Shown here: positions 33,954-43,617 of the stretch, in pieces | Position numbering within the stretch: position 1 is the stretch's first letter | Layout: every line of letters begins with the position of its first letter | NCBI GenBank assembly: GCA_049964835.1 | Contig: JBMFWW010000001.1 | Span: 67,589-131,588 of the forward strand | Direction: 5' to 3' | DNA: 64,000 bases | Source: Candidatus Micrarchaeia archaeon | GTDB lineage: Archaea; Micrarchaeota; Micrarchaeia; Micrarchaeales; CABMGC01 | Notes under the pieces: generated by a model | What the model was told of the DNA's origin: nothing | What the model saw: the letters and a program-made list of their open reading frames with translations, nothing else | Database searches by the model: none | Program-made: the position numbers and the translations under genes

Positions 33954-35252
33954 ATGAAGATAGGTTTAGAAATTCACGTAGCACTTCCAACAAAGAGCAA
34001 GCTTTTCTGTAAATGTAGGACGTACGCTATAGAACCTAATACATCAATATGTCCAACATGTGCAGGACTTCCTGGAGCAAAGCCCGTTCTTAACAAAAAA
34101 GCACTAGAAACATCGTTAAGTATAGCAAAAGCATTAAACTGTAAAATTAGTGATAAGACCTCATTTGTAAGAAAGATATACTTCTATCCTGATTTACCAA
34201 AATCATTCCAGATAACACAAAAGGATCTTCCAGTTGGCGAAAACGGTAGCATATCGATAAATAACAAAAATATTAGAATAAGAAGAGTCCAGCTTGAAGA
34301 AGATCCTGCAAAGATAATTCGAGAAGACAATTACACACTTATAGATTATAATAGATCTGGTCAACCTTTAGTAGAGATAGTTACAGAACCAGATATTAGC
34401 TCTGAGGAAGAGTTAAGGCTTTTCATAAATGAGTTAAGAAGTATACTTTACTATCTTGATGTAGATATAAACCAAGAAATGAAGGCAGATTTGAACATTT
34501 CACTGTCTGAATCGCGCGTAGAAATTAAAAACGTTACAGGTTTAAAAAATTTAACTGACGCAATGCATTATGAAATAGAAAGACAGGAGAATCTTATCAA
34601 GAATAATCAAGAAATAATAAAAGAAACACGTTCCTTTTCAGAAGCCAAACAAATCACAATATCTGCGAGAGAAAAAGAAAGCGATGAGGAATATGGCTTC
34701 ATCTTTGATTCTGATTTAACCGTTTATACTACAAAGGATTTAGCTACACAAAAAGCAACATACGCAAGTAAAATAGCTAAAGAATACTCTGAAAAGTACA
34801 AAATTAAAGAGTCACAAATTTCTGATTTAATATTATTTAATAAAGATGCTCTTGCTTTACTTCAAGAGTTTGAGAATAAATACGAATTAAAGTTTATATT
34901 AAATGCAATAACTTCTATGCAAAGATATGCAAAAAAGCGAGTAACATCAAAAGAGTTGGAAAAGGCAATACTTATTTTGCAAAGTGGTGCATATCTTGAT
35001 TCTAAAATTGTATCCGAAATAGAGTCCGGAAAAGATATAAATATAAATCAGAGCAAGGTTAATATTGATGAAATAAATACAGAAATAAGATCTCTCATAG
35101 AAGATAATAAGAATCTCTTAAAGGAGTACAAGAAGAACAAGAAAATATTAAACTTTATAATAGGAAAGGTATCAAAGAAGTTCAATGCTAATCCAAAACT
35201 GGTATCTGAACAGCTTGAGAAAATATTATCAGAGGATTTCAAGGTGCAATAA
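33954..35252 (+). CDS. gatB: aspartyl/glutamyl-tRNA amidotransferase subunit B
   Basis: MKIGLEIHVALPTKSKLFCKC...CPTCAGLPGAKPVLN...VQLEEDPAK. The track start (TTG 33930) overlaps gatA. Confidence 0.9.
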   Translation: MKIGLEIHVALPTKSKLFCKCRTYAIEPNTSICPTCAGLPGAKPVLNKKALETSLSIAKALNCKISDKTSFVRKIYFYPDLPKSFQITQKDLPVGENGSISINNKNIRIRRVQLEEDPAKIIREDNYTLIDYNRSGQPLVEIVTEPDISSEEELRLFINELRSILYYLDVDINQEMKADLNISLSESRVEIKNVTGLKNLTDAMHYEIERQENLIKNNQEIIKETRSFSEAKQITISAREKESDEEYGFIFDSDLTVYTTKDLATQKATYASKIAKEYSEKYKIKESQISDLILFNKDALALLQEFENKYELKFILNAITSMQRYAKKRVTSKELEKAILILQSGAYLDSKIVSEIESGKDININQSKVNIDEINTEIRSLIEDNKNLLKEYKKNKKILNFIIGKVSKKFNANPKLVSEQLEKILSEDFKVQ

Positions 35253-37027
35253 TGGAAATAAATTGTAATTCACTAACAGAAAGAGATGTTGGAAAAAAGG
35301 TATCACTATTTGGATGGTCAAGATATATACGTGACCACGGTGGCAAGTTATTTATAGATCTTGCAGATAGACATGGTACATTACAATTAGTATTAGAAGG
35401 GGAAAATTTAAAGAAGGCAGAAGAGATAGGAAAAGAGTATGTTTTGAAGGTCACAGGTACAGTTAGGTTAAGGTCTGAAGATACTATAGATAAAGAAAAT
35501 CCTACTGGAAAAATAGAGCTTTTTGTAGAATCGTTCGAGGTAATAAATAAATCTAAGATTCCTCCATTCGAATTGATAGAAGAAAAGAAGAAATTTCTTG
35601 CTAATGAAGAACTTAGAATGCAATATAGATATCTTGATCTGAGAAGAAGAGAGATGATTAAAAACATTGAGTTTAGAGACAAGGTTACAAAAACAATAAG
35701 AAAATTTTTATGGTCTAAAGAGTTTTTAGAGCTTGAAACACCAACACTAATAAAAGATACTTATGAAACAGGATCTAGAACCTTTATAGTTCCATCAAGA
35801 ACCAATCCAGACAAATTCTATTCTCTCCCGCAATCTCCACAAATTTACAAGCAATTATGTATGATTTCTGGGCTTGAGAAGTACTTTCAAGTTGCAAGAT
35901 GTTATAGGGACGAAGATCCTAGGGAAGATAGACAACCAGAATTTACCCAGATTGATATTGAGGTCTCATTCAAAGATGAATCGTATATACAGTCATTAAT
36001 AGAAGAGCTTATTGAGACCGTCTTTAAAGATGTAATGAATAAGAAGTTAAACAAAAGCTTTAGACATATGCTATACAAAGATGCTATTAAAAATTATGGT
36101 TCTGATAAGCCAGACTTGAGATTTGATTCTAAAATACTTGATATAACTGAAGAAGTGAAGCTGAGTGATTACAATATGTTAAAGCGCGTTATATCAGCTA
36201 ATGGAACAGTTAAAGCAATGTGTTTTGATGCGAACTTCGGAAAGGAAGATTCAAAAATTGATAAAAACTACATGCTAAAATTAATAGAACTTACAAAAGA
36301 GTTCGGCCTTGGAGGAATGACTTGGTTATATATAAAAGAGGGTAAATTAACTTCAGAACCTAGCAGTATAGTAACATCCTTGGGAAGTTCGGCAGAGAAA
36401 ATACAATCAAAACTAAACGCAAAGGAAGGCAATATTATACTCGTCTTTTCTGATGTTTCAGAAGCTCTTCTTCTCAATGTAATGGGTAAGATAAGAAATA
36501 TTGTTGGAACTAAAATAGGCAAGTTTTCAGAAGAGTACTCCTTTTTGTGGATTGACGAGTTCCCAATGTTTGAAAAGGATGAAATAACTGGAAAGTTAAA
36601 ACCAGCGCACAATCCGTTTTCATCACCAACAGAAGAAAGCTTTAAGTATCTTAAAACAGAGCCAGAAAAAGCGGTTGCTCGCCAATATGATTTAGTATTA
36701 AACGGATACGAAATAGCAAGCGGTTCAATAAGAATAAAGGATTCAGAGCTTCAAAGAGAAAGCCTTAAAAAAATGGGAATGTCAGATGAAACAATAAATG
36801 AGACATTTGGATTTTTCATAAAGGCATTAGAGTATGGCGCACCAATACACGGCGGAATAGCATTAGGATTTGATAGATTGGTAACACTTCTTTCAAACTC
36901 TGAAAATATACGTGATTTTATACTGTTCCCTAAAAACAAAAAGTATGAATCTCTTATAGATGGTTCACCAACACTAATAAACAAGAAAAGATTAAAAGAT
37001 GATTTTGGGATAACAATTAGCAGATAG
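35252..37027 (+). CDS. aspS: aspartyl-tRNA synthetase, bacterial type (with GAD-like insertion), probably non-discriminating
   Basis: 591 aa. GWSRYIRDHGGKLFIDLADRHGTLQLV, FYSLPQSPQIYKQL, CYRDEDPREDRQPEFTQIDIE, an insertion of about 130 aa, HNPFSSP, and GGIALGFDRL...IRDFILFPKN. The ATG overlaps the gatB stop. Confidence 0.9.
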   Translation: MEINCNSLTERDVGKKVSLFGWSRYIRDHGGKLFIDLADRHGTLQLVLEGENLKKAEEIGKEYVLKVTGTVRLRSEDTIDKENPTGKIELFVESFEVINKSKIPPFELIEEKKKFLANEELRMQYRYLDLRRREMIKNIEFRDKVTKTIRKFLWSKEFLELETPTLIKDTYETGSRTFIVPSRTNPDKFYSLPQSPQIYKQLCMISGLEKYFQVARCYRDEDPREDRQPEFTQIDIEVSFKDESYIQSLIEELIETVFKDVMNKKLNKSFRHMLYKDAIKNYGSDKPDLRFDSKILDITEEVKLSDYNMLKRVISANGTVKAMCFDANFGKEDSKIDKNYMLKLIELTKEFGLGGMTWLYIKEGKLTSEPSSIVTSLGSSAEKIQSKLNAKEGNIILVFSDVSEALLLNVMGKIRNIVGTKIGKFSEEYSFLWIDEFPMFEKDEITGKLKPAHNPFSSPTEESFKYLKTEPEKAVARQYDLVLNGYEIASGSIRIKDSELQRESLKKMGMSDETINETFGFFIKALEYGAPIHGGIALGFDRLVTLLSNSENIRDFILFPKNKKYESLIDGSPTLINKKRLKDDFGITISR

Positions 37028-37133
37028 TTATTAATACCTTTTCAAATAAAAGTATTTCTTGTATAATACTAATATATATTCACCAAACCCCCAGGCGCGA
37101 TAATGTTTATAGTTAAAATATTTTTTGACAAAA

Positions 37134-37200
37134 CTAATTCTGTACTAAATTCTGTACTAAATTCTGTACTAAATTCTATGCTAAATTCTATACTAACTTA
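37134..37200. repeat. 12-bp tandem repeat, about 5.5 units (CTAAATTCTGTA consensus)
   Basis: Read directly: ctaattctgta / ctaaattctgta / ctaaattctgta / ctaaattctatg / ctaaattctata / ctaactta. It ends about 55 nt upstream of the 37257 ORF. Confidence 0.85.
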
Positions 37201-37256
37201 TAAATTAAAATCTACTCTTATTTTAAAACAATCTTTTATATTTTTAAGGTGTAAAA

Positions 37257-37985
37257 ATGTACAATACCTTTGATAAAATAGCATTAATGTGCATGGATGC
37301 AAGAATGAATTTTATAGCCGATTCTATTAATGACGGAAAAACCCTTTTTATAAGAAATGCAGCCGGAACTCCAAATGGTGCAATAAAAACACTAGAAAAT
37401 ATTTTTCTTCAAAATCCAATATCAAAAATAATTTATTATCCACATACTGACTGTGGTGCCTGTAAATTTACTTATTCACTACTTTCAAAAAAAGAAAGCT
37501 CAACAAAAGAGGTGGAAGAGAATCTAGTGTCTATATTAAGAAAAAGCAACCTGGCCTTCGCTTCTTCAGAAGAAGTAATAAAAGTAGTACATCTTTTGGG
37601 TGTTTCATACTTTAAAAATACATATCCTAATCTTAATATTGACACAAAGATTATTGATACCTCTACCACAGTTAATGGAGATAAGGCAATGCTTATACTG
37701 CCGCCCTCAAGCGAAACTTATAGTCATCTATGTGATAAATTATCTCTTCCTTTCAAATCAACATATGTATCACAGCACTCATCAATAGAAGAATCTATAT
37801 GCGATGTGCAGCTTGCGAAGGCAGCTCTAGGTATTAAGAATTTCACAGTACTCCAAAGACCTAATTTTGCAACAGAAAACGCAATATTAAGATTGAAAGA
37901 GGTAATAGGTAAAGAGGCGAATTTAAGAATAATAGTAGATAAAACAATCACACAAACGAACAAAAAGCTTCAGAAAATACATTAA
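37257..37985 (+). CDS. beta-carbonic-anhydrase-like protein (divergent) with an uncharacterised C-terminal half
   Basis: CMDARMNF...LFIRNAAG...YYPHTDCGACK resembles the beta-CA CxDxR...HxxCG zinc-ligand pattern. The remaining ~140 aa are unassigned. Confidence 0.45.
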   Translation: MYNTFDKIALMCMDARMNFIADSINDGKTLFIRNAAGTPNGAIKTLENIFLQNPISKIIYYPHTDCGACKFTYSLLSKKESSTKEVEENLVSILRKSNLAFASSEEVIKVVHLLGVSYFKNTYPNLNIDTKIIDTSTTVNGDKAMLILPPSSETYSHLCDKLSLPFKSTYVSQHSSIEESICDVQLAKAALGIKNFTVLQRPNFATENAILRLKEVIGKEANLRIIVDKTITQTNKKLQKIH

Positions 37986-37990
37986 ATGTA

Positions 37991-38089
37991 GTTTTCCGAG
38001 GGGTGAATCACGCTTAAAGCGCAATTCATGAGAAAAGATTTTGGGATTTGGGTGGGTTAAAAATAAGTCCTCAATAACCCTCAGAAAAC
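37991..38089. ncRNA. candidate structured RNA of unknown class (about 99 nt)
   Basis: GTTTTCCGAGGG (37991-38002) pairs with CCCTCAGAAAAC (38078-38089), giving 11 of 12 Watson-Crick pairs. The helix encloses an internal hairpin TGAAT-CA-CGC ttaaa GCG-CA-ATTCA and G-rich tracts. It lies in the convergent gap between two genes. The strand is undetermined. Confidence 0.35.
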
Positions 38090-38141
38090 TATAGTTTATA
38101 TAAAGCAACATATTTAAATCTTGTTTTCTGGTTTATTTATT

Positions 38142-38876
38142 TCAATACTTTTTATTCTGTCTTCCAATTATTTGGCTTAGTCCTTGACCGAGAAGTATTC
38201 TGGAATAATCATTCGCAGTTATTTCTACTTTGTCATTAGTTTTTTTCACATTTGCGAACTCTATTTTAACATAAGAACCAGGATGCATTTCTGCTGCATA
38301 AACACTTGAAGATTTCCATAAAGTGACCTTTACCTCATTACTTCCATCACTAATACTACATTCAGAAATGCCATTCTGCTTTCCATCAAGATCTCTAAAG
38401 TATCTTATTGGGCCAACAGAGAGAATTCTTCCAAGAATATCTATATTCTTTTCATCGCCATTTAAATCAGAAAAGTTTGTTTTAATTACTTGGTAAGTAG
38501 GAGATACTCTAGATATGTAAGTATTTGGAGTATTCGTGAGTTCAATTTCACCATTATTAAGTAAAGTCTTTAAGTTGCTAATCAGTACTCTATCACCTCT
38601 TTGTACAAGCATTGTGTCCACAAACTCTGATGATTTATCCCATAATGTGACCCGTACTGTAACACCTTCATCACCAAGAGCAACAACTCTTCTTTTTCTC
38701 ATGGTGCCGTTGTTTTCAAATGTTATCTTATTAAATATTCTATAAATATTATCTTCTATTGTTACTATGTCTGCATTTTTAGGTTTTAATGCATTTAACT
38801 CCTTAACAGTTAGCTTCGAATAGCTTTTTAATTGGGTTGCTTTGCGTAACTCCTCTGCTTTATTTTTACTTATCAT
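38142..38876 (-). CDS. RPA-like single-stranded DNA-binding protein with two OB folds
   Basis: Two repeats of the OB pattern: ALGDEGVTVRVTLWDKSSEF...GDRVLISN and ISDGSNEVKVTLWKSSSVY...GSYVKIEFANV. Confidence 0.6.
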   Translation of the reverse strand: MISKNKAEELRKATQLKSYSKLTVKELNALKPKNADIVTIEDNIYRIFNKITFENNGTMRKRRVVALGDEGVTVRVTLWDKSSEFVDTMLVQRGDRVLISNLKTLLNNGEIELTNTPNTYISRVSPTYQVIKTNFSDLNGDEKNIDILGRILSVGPIRYFRDLDGKQNGISECSISDGSNEVKVTLWKSSSVYAAEMHPGSYVKIEFANVKKTNDKVEITANDYSRILLGQGLSQIIGRQNKKY

Positions 38877-38998
38877 TCCCGCATGCTCATCTACTATTTT
38901 GTCAATTTCATTTTGAGCATGTTTATCTTGTTCCGTAATTACACCCTACTCTTTATATATTTTTTTAAAAGAACAATTATATAATAATTAGGTATAAA

Positions 38999-40390
38999 AT
39001 GTTCCCATTACTGCTTTTAATAATACTTATTCCATTTCTTTCAGGACTTATTATTATGGCAACCCCCAAAAATCTTATAAAACTTGTACAGATATCTTCA
39101 TCTGTAATTACCTTATTACTTTCATTACTACTTGTATGGTCTTTCATCACTTCAACTTCATTATTTTCTAATTCAATAACATTTTCATATCTGGGCTTTC
39201 CAGTAGGTTTTCAAGTAACTCAAATATCTCTCATACTAGTATTAATGTCTAGCATAGTATTTACCGCTTCATCAATAGGTGTAGGCTACTTCATAAAAGA
39301 CAACTTGAAAATATACGGAGTACTTTTTGCGCTTATAGAAGGTTCATCAATAGCCCTATTTTTATCATCTAATCTTCTCTTATTGTATGTTTTTTGGGAG
39401 ATGGCCGAGTTCTCAATGTTTTTTATAATATACATGTATGGTTCAAGCAGAAAACGTTATGCAGCAATAAAGTTTATTATTTACTCTTTAATTTCTAGTT
39501 TATTTCTACTTATCGCTATTCTTCTTCTTTATAGTGGCATAACACCAAATACATTTCAAATATCGCAGATAATAGCTACATCAGGTACAATACCGGTGTC
39601 ATTGCAGGAGCTGATATTAATCTTTCTTCTAATATCATTTATGATAAAAATACCTATATTTCCATTCCATAACTGGCTTCCAGATGCACATACAGAAGCG
39701 CCTACAACAGGTAGTATGATTTTAGCAGGTGTACTGCTTAAGTTTGGAGGTTATGGGTTAATATTAACAAGCCTTATGCTTCCAATATTCAAAACATATT
39801 CATTATATCTTGCAGCTATATTTATAATATCTTCATTATATTCGGTTTTTGTAGCTATAAAGCAAACAAATCTCAAGCGAATAATAGCATATAGCAGCAT
39901 AACCGATATGGCTATAGTTTCCTTAGGAATAGCAACAGGAACATCACTAGGCGTACAGGGAGCTTTGTATGGCATGCTAAGTCATGCAATATCAATATCT
40001 ATGTTATTCTTAATAGCTGGAACATTAAGTGAAGTATACGGAAGCTTGGATCTTTCAGTTTTGAAAGGCGTAATAAAGAATTTTAGTTCTCTAGCATATC
40101 TTTTCATTGCAGGAACCTTTGCCACAGTAGGAATACCATTAACTGCCGGATTTATAGCTGATGTATTAATATTTACTGCAGCATTCACTACATTTGGACT
40201 GGTATCCTTTGTGCCATTAATTAGCATAATAATACTGGGTGCCATGCTTTTCTGGGTTATAGAGAGAGTATTTCTTTCTAACAAATCAAAGCCTATAAAC
40301 ATTTTATTAAATAGCGTTTTATACTCTGAAGTATTCCTATTATCTGCTTCTGTAATACTTGGGGTGCTTCCTGCATTACTGATCCATTAG
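38999..40390 (+). CDS. nuoM: NADH-quinone oxidoreductase subunit M (antiporter-like)
   Basis: FHNWLPDAHTEAPTTGSMILAGVLLKFGGYGL. 463-aa polytopic protein, on the opposite strand to the rest of the nuo genes. Confidence 0.85.
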   Translation: MFPLLLLIILIPFLSGLIIMATPKNLIKLVQISSSVITLLLSLLLVWSFITSTSLFSNSITFSYLGFPVGFQVTQISLILVLMSSIVFTASSIGVGYFIKDNLKIYGVLFALIEGSSIALFLSSNLLLLYVFWEMAEFSMFFIIYMYGSSRKRYAAIKFIIYSLISSLFLLIAILLLYSGITPNTFQISQIIATSGTIPVSLQELILIFLLISFMIKIPIFPFHNWLPDAHTEAPTTGSMILAGVLLKFGGYGLILTSLMLPIFKTYSLYLAAIFIISSLYSVFVAIKQTNLKRIIAYSSITDMAIVSLGIATGTSLGVQGALYGMLSHAISISMLFLIAGTLSEVYGSLDLSVLKGVIKNFSSLAYLFIAGTFATVGIPLTAGFIADVLIFTAAFTTFGLVSFVPLISIIILGAMLFWVIERVFLSNKSKPINILLNSVLYSEVFLLSASVILGVLPALLIH

Positions 40391-40485
40391 AAAATTCTTA
40401 TACTTTAAAGTTTTTCAATAAAAAAGAATTAAATTGCTTTCTCATTCTTTATAAAATCTTTAATTTATTAAATTCAATATTTTAT

Positions 40486-41856
40486 TTATGTTAATCCGAT
40501 AAGATAAGAAGAAGCACTATTTATAAATGACATAATTGGCTGTGGATATATTCCGAAGATAATGGTTATAATCAAGCATACTGCAATAACAGTTAAACTT
40601 GCTTTGTCTATAACAAAGATCCTTTTTTTATTTCCTTCTGAATACATACTTAGTATAATCTTTAGATAATAATACAAGGATATTATAGAATTTAGAATTC
40701 CGAAAAAGGTTAATATTGCAAGACCTGCAGAGATAGCGCTTAAAAATATTAGAAACTTACCTACAAAGCCCGTTGTAAGCGGAAGCCCTACCAGGGAAAG
40801 CATAAATATAGTTAATGCAATAGCAAGGAACTTATTCTGATCATACATTCCTACAACATTATCTATGGTTGTTTTATTATGTTTCTCAAATATTACTATA
40901 ATTGCCATTATTCCTATAAAAATAAACATATGTGCAAAGATTTGGAAAAGTGAGCCAGATATTCCGTAGGCAGTTGCAGTAGCTATGCCTATTAAAATAT
41001 AACCTGCTTGCGATATTGATGAATAAGCCATTATTCTCTTAATGTTTTTTTGCATAAGGGCTCCTATATTCCCATAAAACATAGTAAATACAGAAAGTAT
41101 CGCAACAACATAAAATGCAGAATGTATTGTTATAAACATTAGCAAAAGTATTTGTATAAGTGCGGCTAATCCTGCTTTTTTATTCATACTTCCCATAAGC
41201 GCAGTTACATAACCTGGTGATCCTTCGTATACATCTGGTATCAATACATTAAAAGGAAATATAGATGCTTCAAAACCAAGTCCAATTATAAATAAAACAG
41301 CTGCCATTATCATTATAGATGTGCTTTGACCTTCAACAAGAAGTACTGTGTTGTTACCTCCATAACTCAACGCCATAGCGAAGGAGAATATCGCTATTGA
41401 AATTGCTGCCATTATAAATAACTTTGTTCCGGCTTCAAGGCTCTTTCTAGATAAAAATATAGAAAATACCGTTGGTATACTTATTAGTTCAAGTCCTATA
41501 AATATGCCCGGTATAGAGGTTGATAAAACTACTATACACATACCTATAAATGAAAAGCTAAGAAGCAAAGAAAACTCATTGTAATTATCTTCAAATTCAT
41601 AATATAAACTGCTTATTAAAATAGCTCCTGCGCTGAAAATAGCTATAAAGAACTCTGAAAATGGGTTTATAGAAAATATTGATAAATAATTATAGTTAAT
41701 TCCACTCAAATATAAGTAAATTAATGAAATCGATGTTAACGCAAATAAGAAAACACTAACTATGAGGTAAGTTTTTTTATTAAAGAATATGCTACTTATT
41801 ATATTTCCAAAAAGTACAGCACCGAATAAGATTATTAAAAAGTAGAGAATAATCAA
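40486..41856 (-). CDS. nuoN: NADH-quinone oxidoreductase subunit N
   Basis: PFNVLIPDVYEGSPGYVTALMGSMNKKAGLAAL. 456-aa polytopic protein, last gene of the operon. Confidence 0.8.
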   Translation of the reverse strand: MIILYFLIILFGAVLFGNIISSIFFNKKTYLIVSVFLFALTSISLIYLYLSGINYNYLSIFSINPFSEFFIAIFSAGAILISSLYYEFEDNYNEFSLLLSFSFIGMCIVVLSTSIPGIFIGLELISIPTVFSIFLSRKSLEAGTKLFIMAAISIAIFSFAMALSYGGNNTVLLVEGQSTSIMIMAAVLFIIGLGFEASIFPFNVLIPDVYEGSPGYVTALMGSMNKKAGLAALIQILLLMFITIHSAFYVVAILSVFTMFYGNIGALMQKNIKRIMAYSSISQAGYILIGIATATAYGISGSLFQIFAHMFIFIGIMAIIVIFEKHNKTTIDNVVGMYDQNKFLAIALTIFMLSLVGLPLTTGFVGKFLIFLSAISAGLAILTFFGILNSIISLYYYLKIILSMYSEGNKKRIFVIDKASLTVIAVCLIITIIFGIYPQPIMSFINSASSYLIGLT

Positions 41857-43616
41857 CTATACACCTTTATTATAAATAATAATATAAATATTAAAATTAT
41901 TCCTGCAGACAAAACAATTGCATAATAATTTACATTTCCTACAGAAGCTCTTCTTACTAATTTACCAATGTCAACTGCGCCTTTGCCAATACTATCAAAA
42001 AAGCCATTTAAATACTCTTCAAAGTATGAGAAAGCTTCACTGATATTATATACAAACATTGTAATATAGGAATAAACTGCATTTGTTAATATCCCATTAT
42101 TCAGCAAAATTGCAATTGAATGAGACTTTACTTTCAACAATCTTTTTATTATATAATAGGATATAACTGCGCCAATTATTGCAATTACACTTTCTATTAT
42201 CGCATCAGTAATCTTTATTGTGCTTAGTGAAAAGTTATAGCTACCTCCTAATACATAACCGAGTAAGTAGAAAAACATAACCGAAGCTAATAATATTAAA
42301 ATACTACTTATTATCATACTTACGAGCATACTTTTTGGCATAGATTTATATCGTATTTCTGTATTTACTGTAGGTTTTTTGCTGTTTAAGAACAACCATC
42401 TAAACGAGTAAAGGCTTGTTAGGAGTCCTATGAAATTTAGAAAAATATAAATTATCAAATTGTTGTAAAAAGATGCACTCAAACCAATATTGGAAAAGAA
42501 TCCATCAAAAGGTATAAATCCTGCTAATGAAAAAATTCCGAATAATGTAGTTATGTAAATTATCTTGTTTGTTTTTAATCCAGAGGTTTTGTCCATATCT
42601 ACTGTATTTGACGCTTCTATAACAGTTCCTGAACTGAAAAACAAGAGCACTTTATAAAAACTCTGTGCAAAAAATAGGTAAATACCTGCAGGTATTGCCC
42701 CCCCTGAAAATGCTAGAGCCATAAGCCCAAGTTCTTGCACTGTCGAGTATGCAATTACCTTTTTAATATGCTTTTCTTTCAGAGCATTTAATGTTGCAAG
42801 AATAACAGTTATTATGGCTATATAAAATATATACACTGTAAAACCAGAGTTAGTAAAGATTGGAAGCAAAAGAAGTATTGTAAAAACACCTGCCTTTACC
42901 ATCGTACTTGAATGTAAGAATGCAGAAACGGGAGTAGGTCCTTCCATAGCATCTGGAAGCCATTCGCTAAATGGGAATTGCGCTGATTTTGTAAATATAG
43001 CTATTCCCATAAGAACCGCAACAATTAGTTCAATACTTAAATTATTTTGCAAAGCAGCAAATACAGTATTGAACTGCAGTGTTCCTGTAGTAGAAAGGAC
43101 AACAGCTATTGCTCCTAGTATGCATATATCCCCAATAAAAACTGTAGTTATGGCCTTTCTTCCAGCACGATTAACTATTAGGTCGTTATACCAAAATCCA
43201 ATTAATAGATAACTTGTCAAGCTAAGAAACTCCCAAGCAATAAACAAAGTTATAAAACTATAACTAACTGCAAAAAGAAGCATTGCAGCTTCAAAGGCTA
43301 TTATCTCTGTATAAAAACGTTTTTGTTGACTTAATATTTTCATATATCCAAAAGAGTAAAGCAGAACAAGAGGTCCTATTACAAGTATTATACCTAGCAA
43401 CATAATATTTAATGGAATTACATTTATAGAAAAATTAAGTACATACTTTCCAATACTTAATATATTGTATGCATATGTTCCTTGACTTACAAAATAAAGC
43501 AATACAAGGCTTGCTAGAGCTCCAATCAAAGCAATATATTTTGAGTAATTTTCTTTTATTATTTGTATTAGTATTATCGCAGCAAATAACGGAGCTAATA
43601 AAAATAATGCATTCAT
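41853..43616 (-). CDS. nuoL: NADH-quinone oxidoreductase subunit L
   Basis: FPFSEWLPDAMEGPTPVSAFLHSSTMVKAGVF. 587 aa with a C-terminal extension. Confidence 0.85.
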   Translation of the reverse strand: MNALFLLAPLFAAIILIQIIKENYSKYIALIGALASLVLLYFVSQGTYAYNILSIGKYVLNFSINVIPLNIMLLGIILVIGPLVLLYSFGYMKILSQQKRFYTEIIAFEAAMLLFAVSYSFITLFIAWEFLSLTSYLLIGFWYNDLIVNRAGRKAITTVFIGDICILGAIAVVLSTTGTLQFNTVFAALQNNLSIELIVAVLMGIAIFTKSAQFPFSEWLPDAMEGPTPVSAFLHSSTMVKAGVFTILLLLPIFTNSGFTVYIFYIAIITVILATLNALKEKHIKKVIAYSTVQELGLMALAFSGGAIPAGIYLFFAQSFYKVLLFFSSGTVIEASNTVDMDKTSGLKTNKIIYITTLFGIFSLAGFIPFDGFFSNIGLSASFYNNLIIYIFLNFIGLLTSLYSFRWLFLNSKKPTVNTEIRYKSMPKSMLVSMIISSILILLASVMFFYLLGYVLGGSYNFSLSTIKITDAIIESVIAIIGAVISYYIIKRLLKVKSHSIAILLNNGILTNAVYSYITMFVYNISEAFSYFEEYLNGFFDSIGKGAVDIGKLVRRASVGNVNYYAIVLSAGIILIFILLFIIKVYS

Positions 43617-43617
43617 A

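Noticed and set aside
32638-35682. Long antisense ORFs inside gatA, gatB and aspS (32638-33081, 35239-35682), and similar ones inside fen, alaS, gltX and the nuo genes
   Set aside because: They lie entirely opposite strongly conserved genes, have Ser/Phe/Ile-rich low-complexity translations typical of shadow frames in AT-rich DNA, and lack plausible starts or motifs.
37134-37200. Tandem repeats considered as a CRISPR array
   Set aside because: The units are 12 bp and directly abutting, with no spacers. No cas genes other than a solo Cas4-like gene 16 kb away are present.
38877-38950. Possible N-terminal extension of the RPA-like gene (open frame upstream of ATG 38876, and an ATG in another frame that joins it if an A-run were longer)
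   Set aside because: The ATG at 38876 is a satisfactory start and the extension carries no conserved motif. It is consistent with the homopolymer pattern but not needed to explain the gene.
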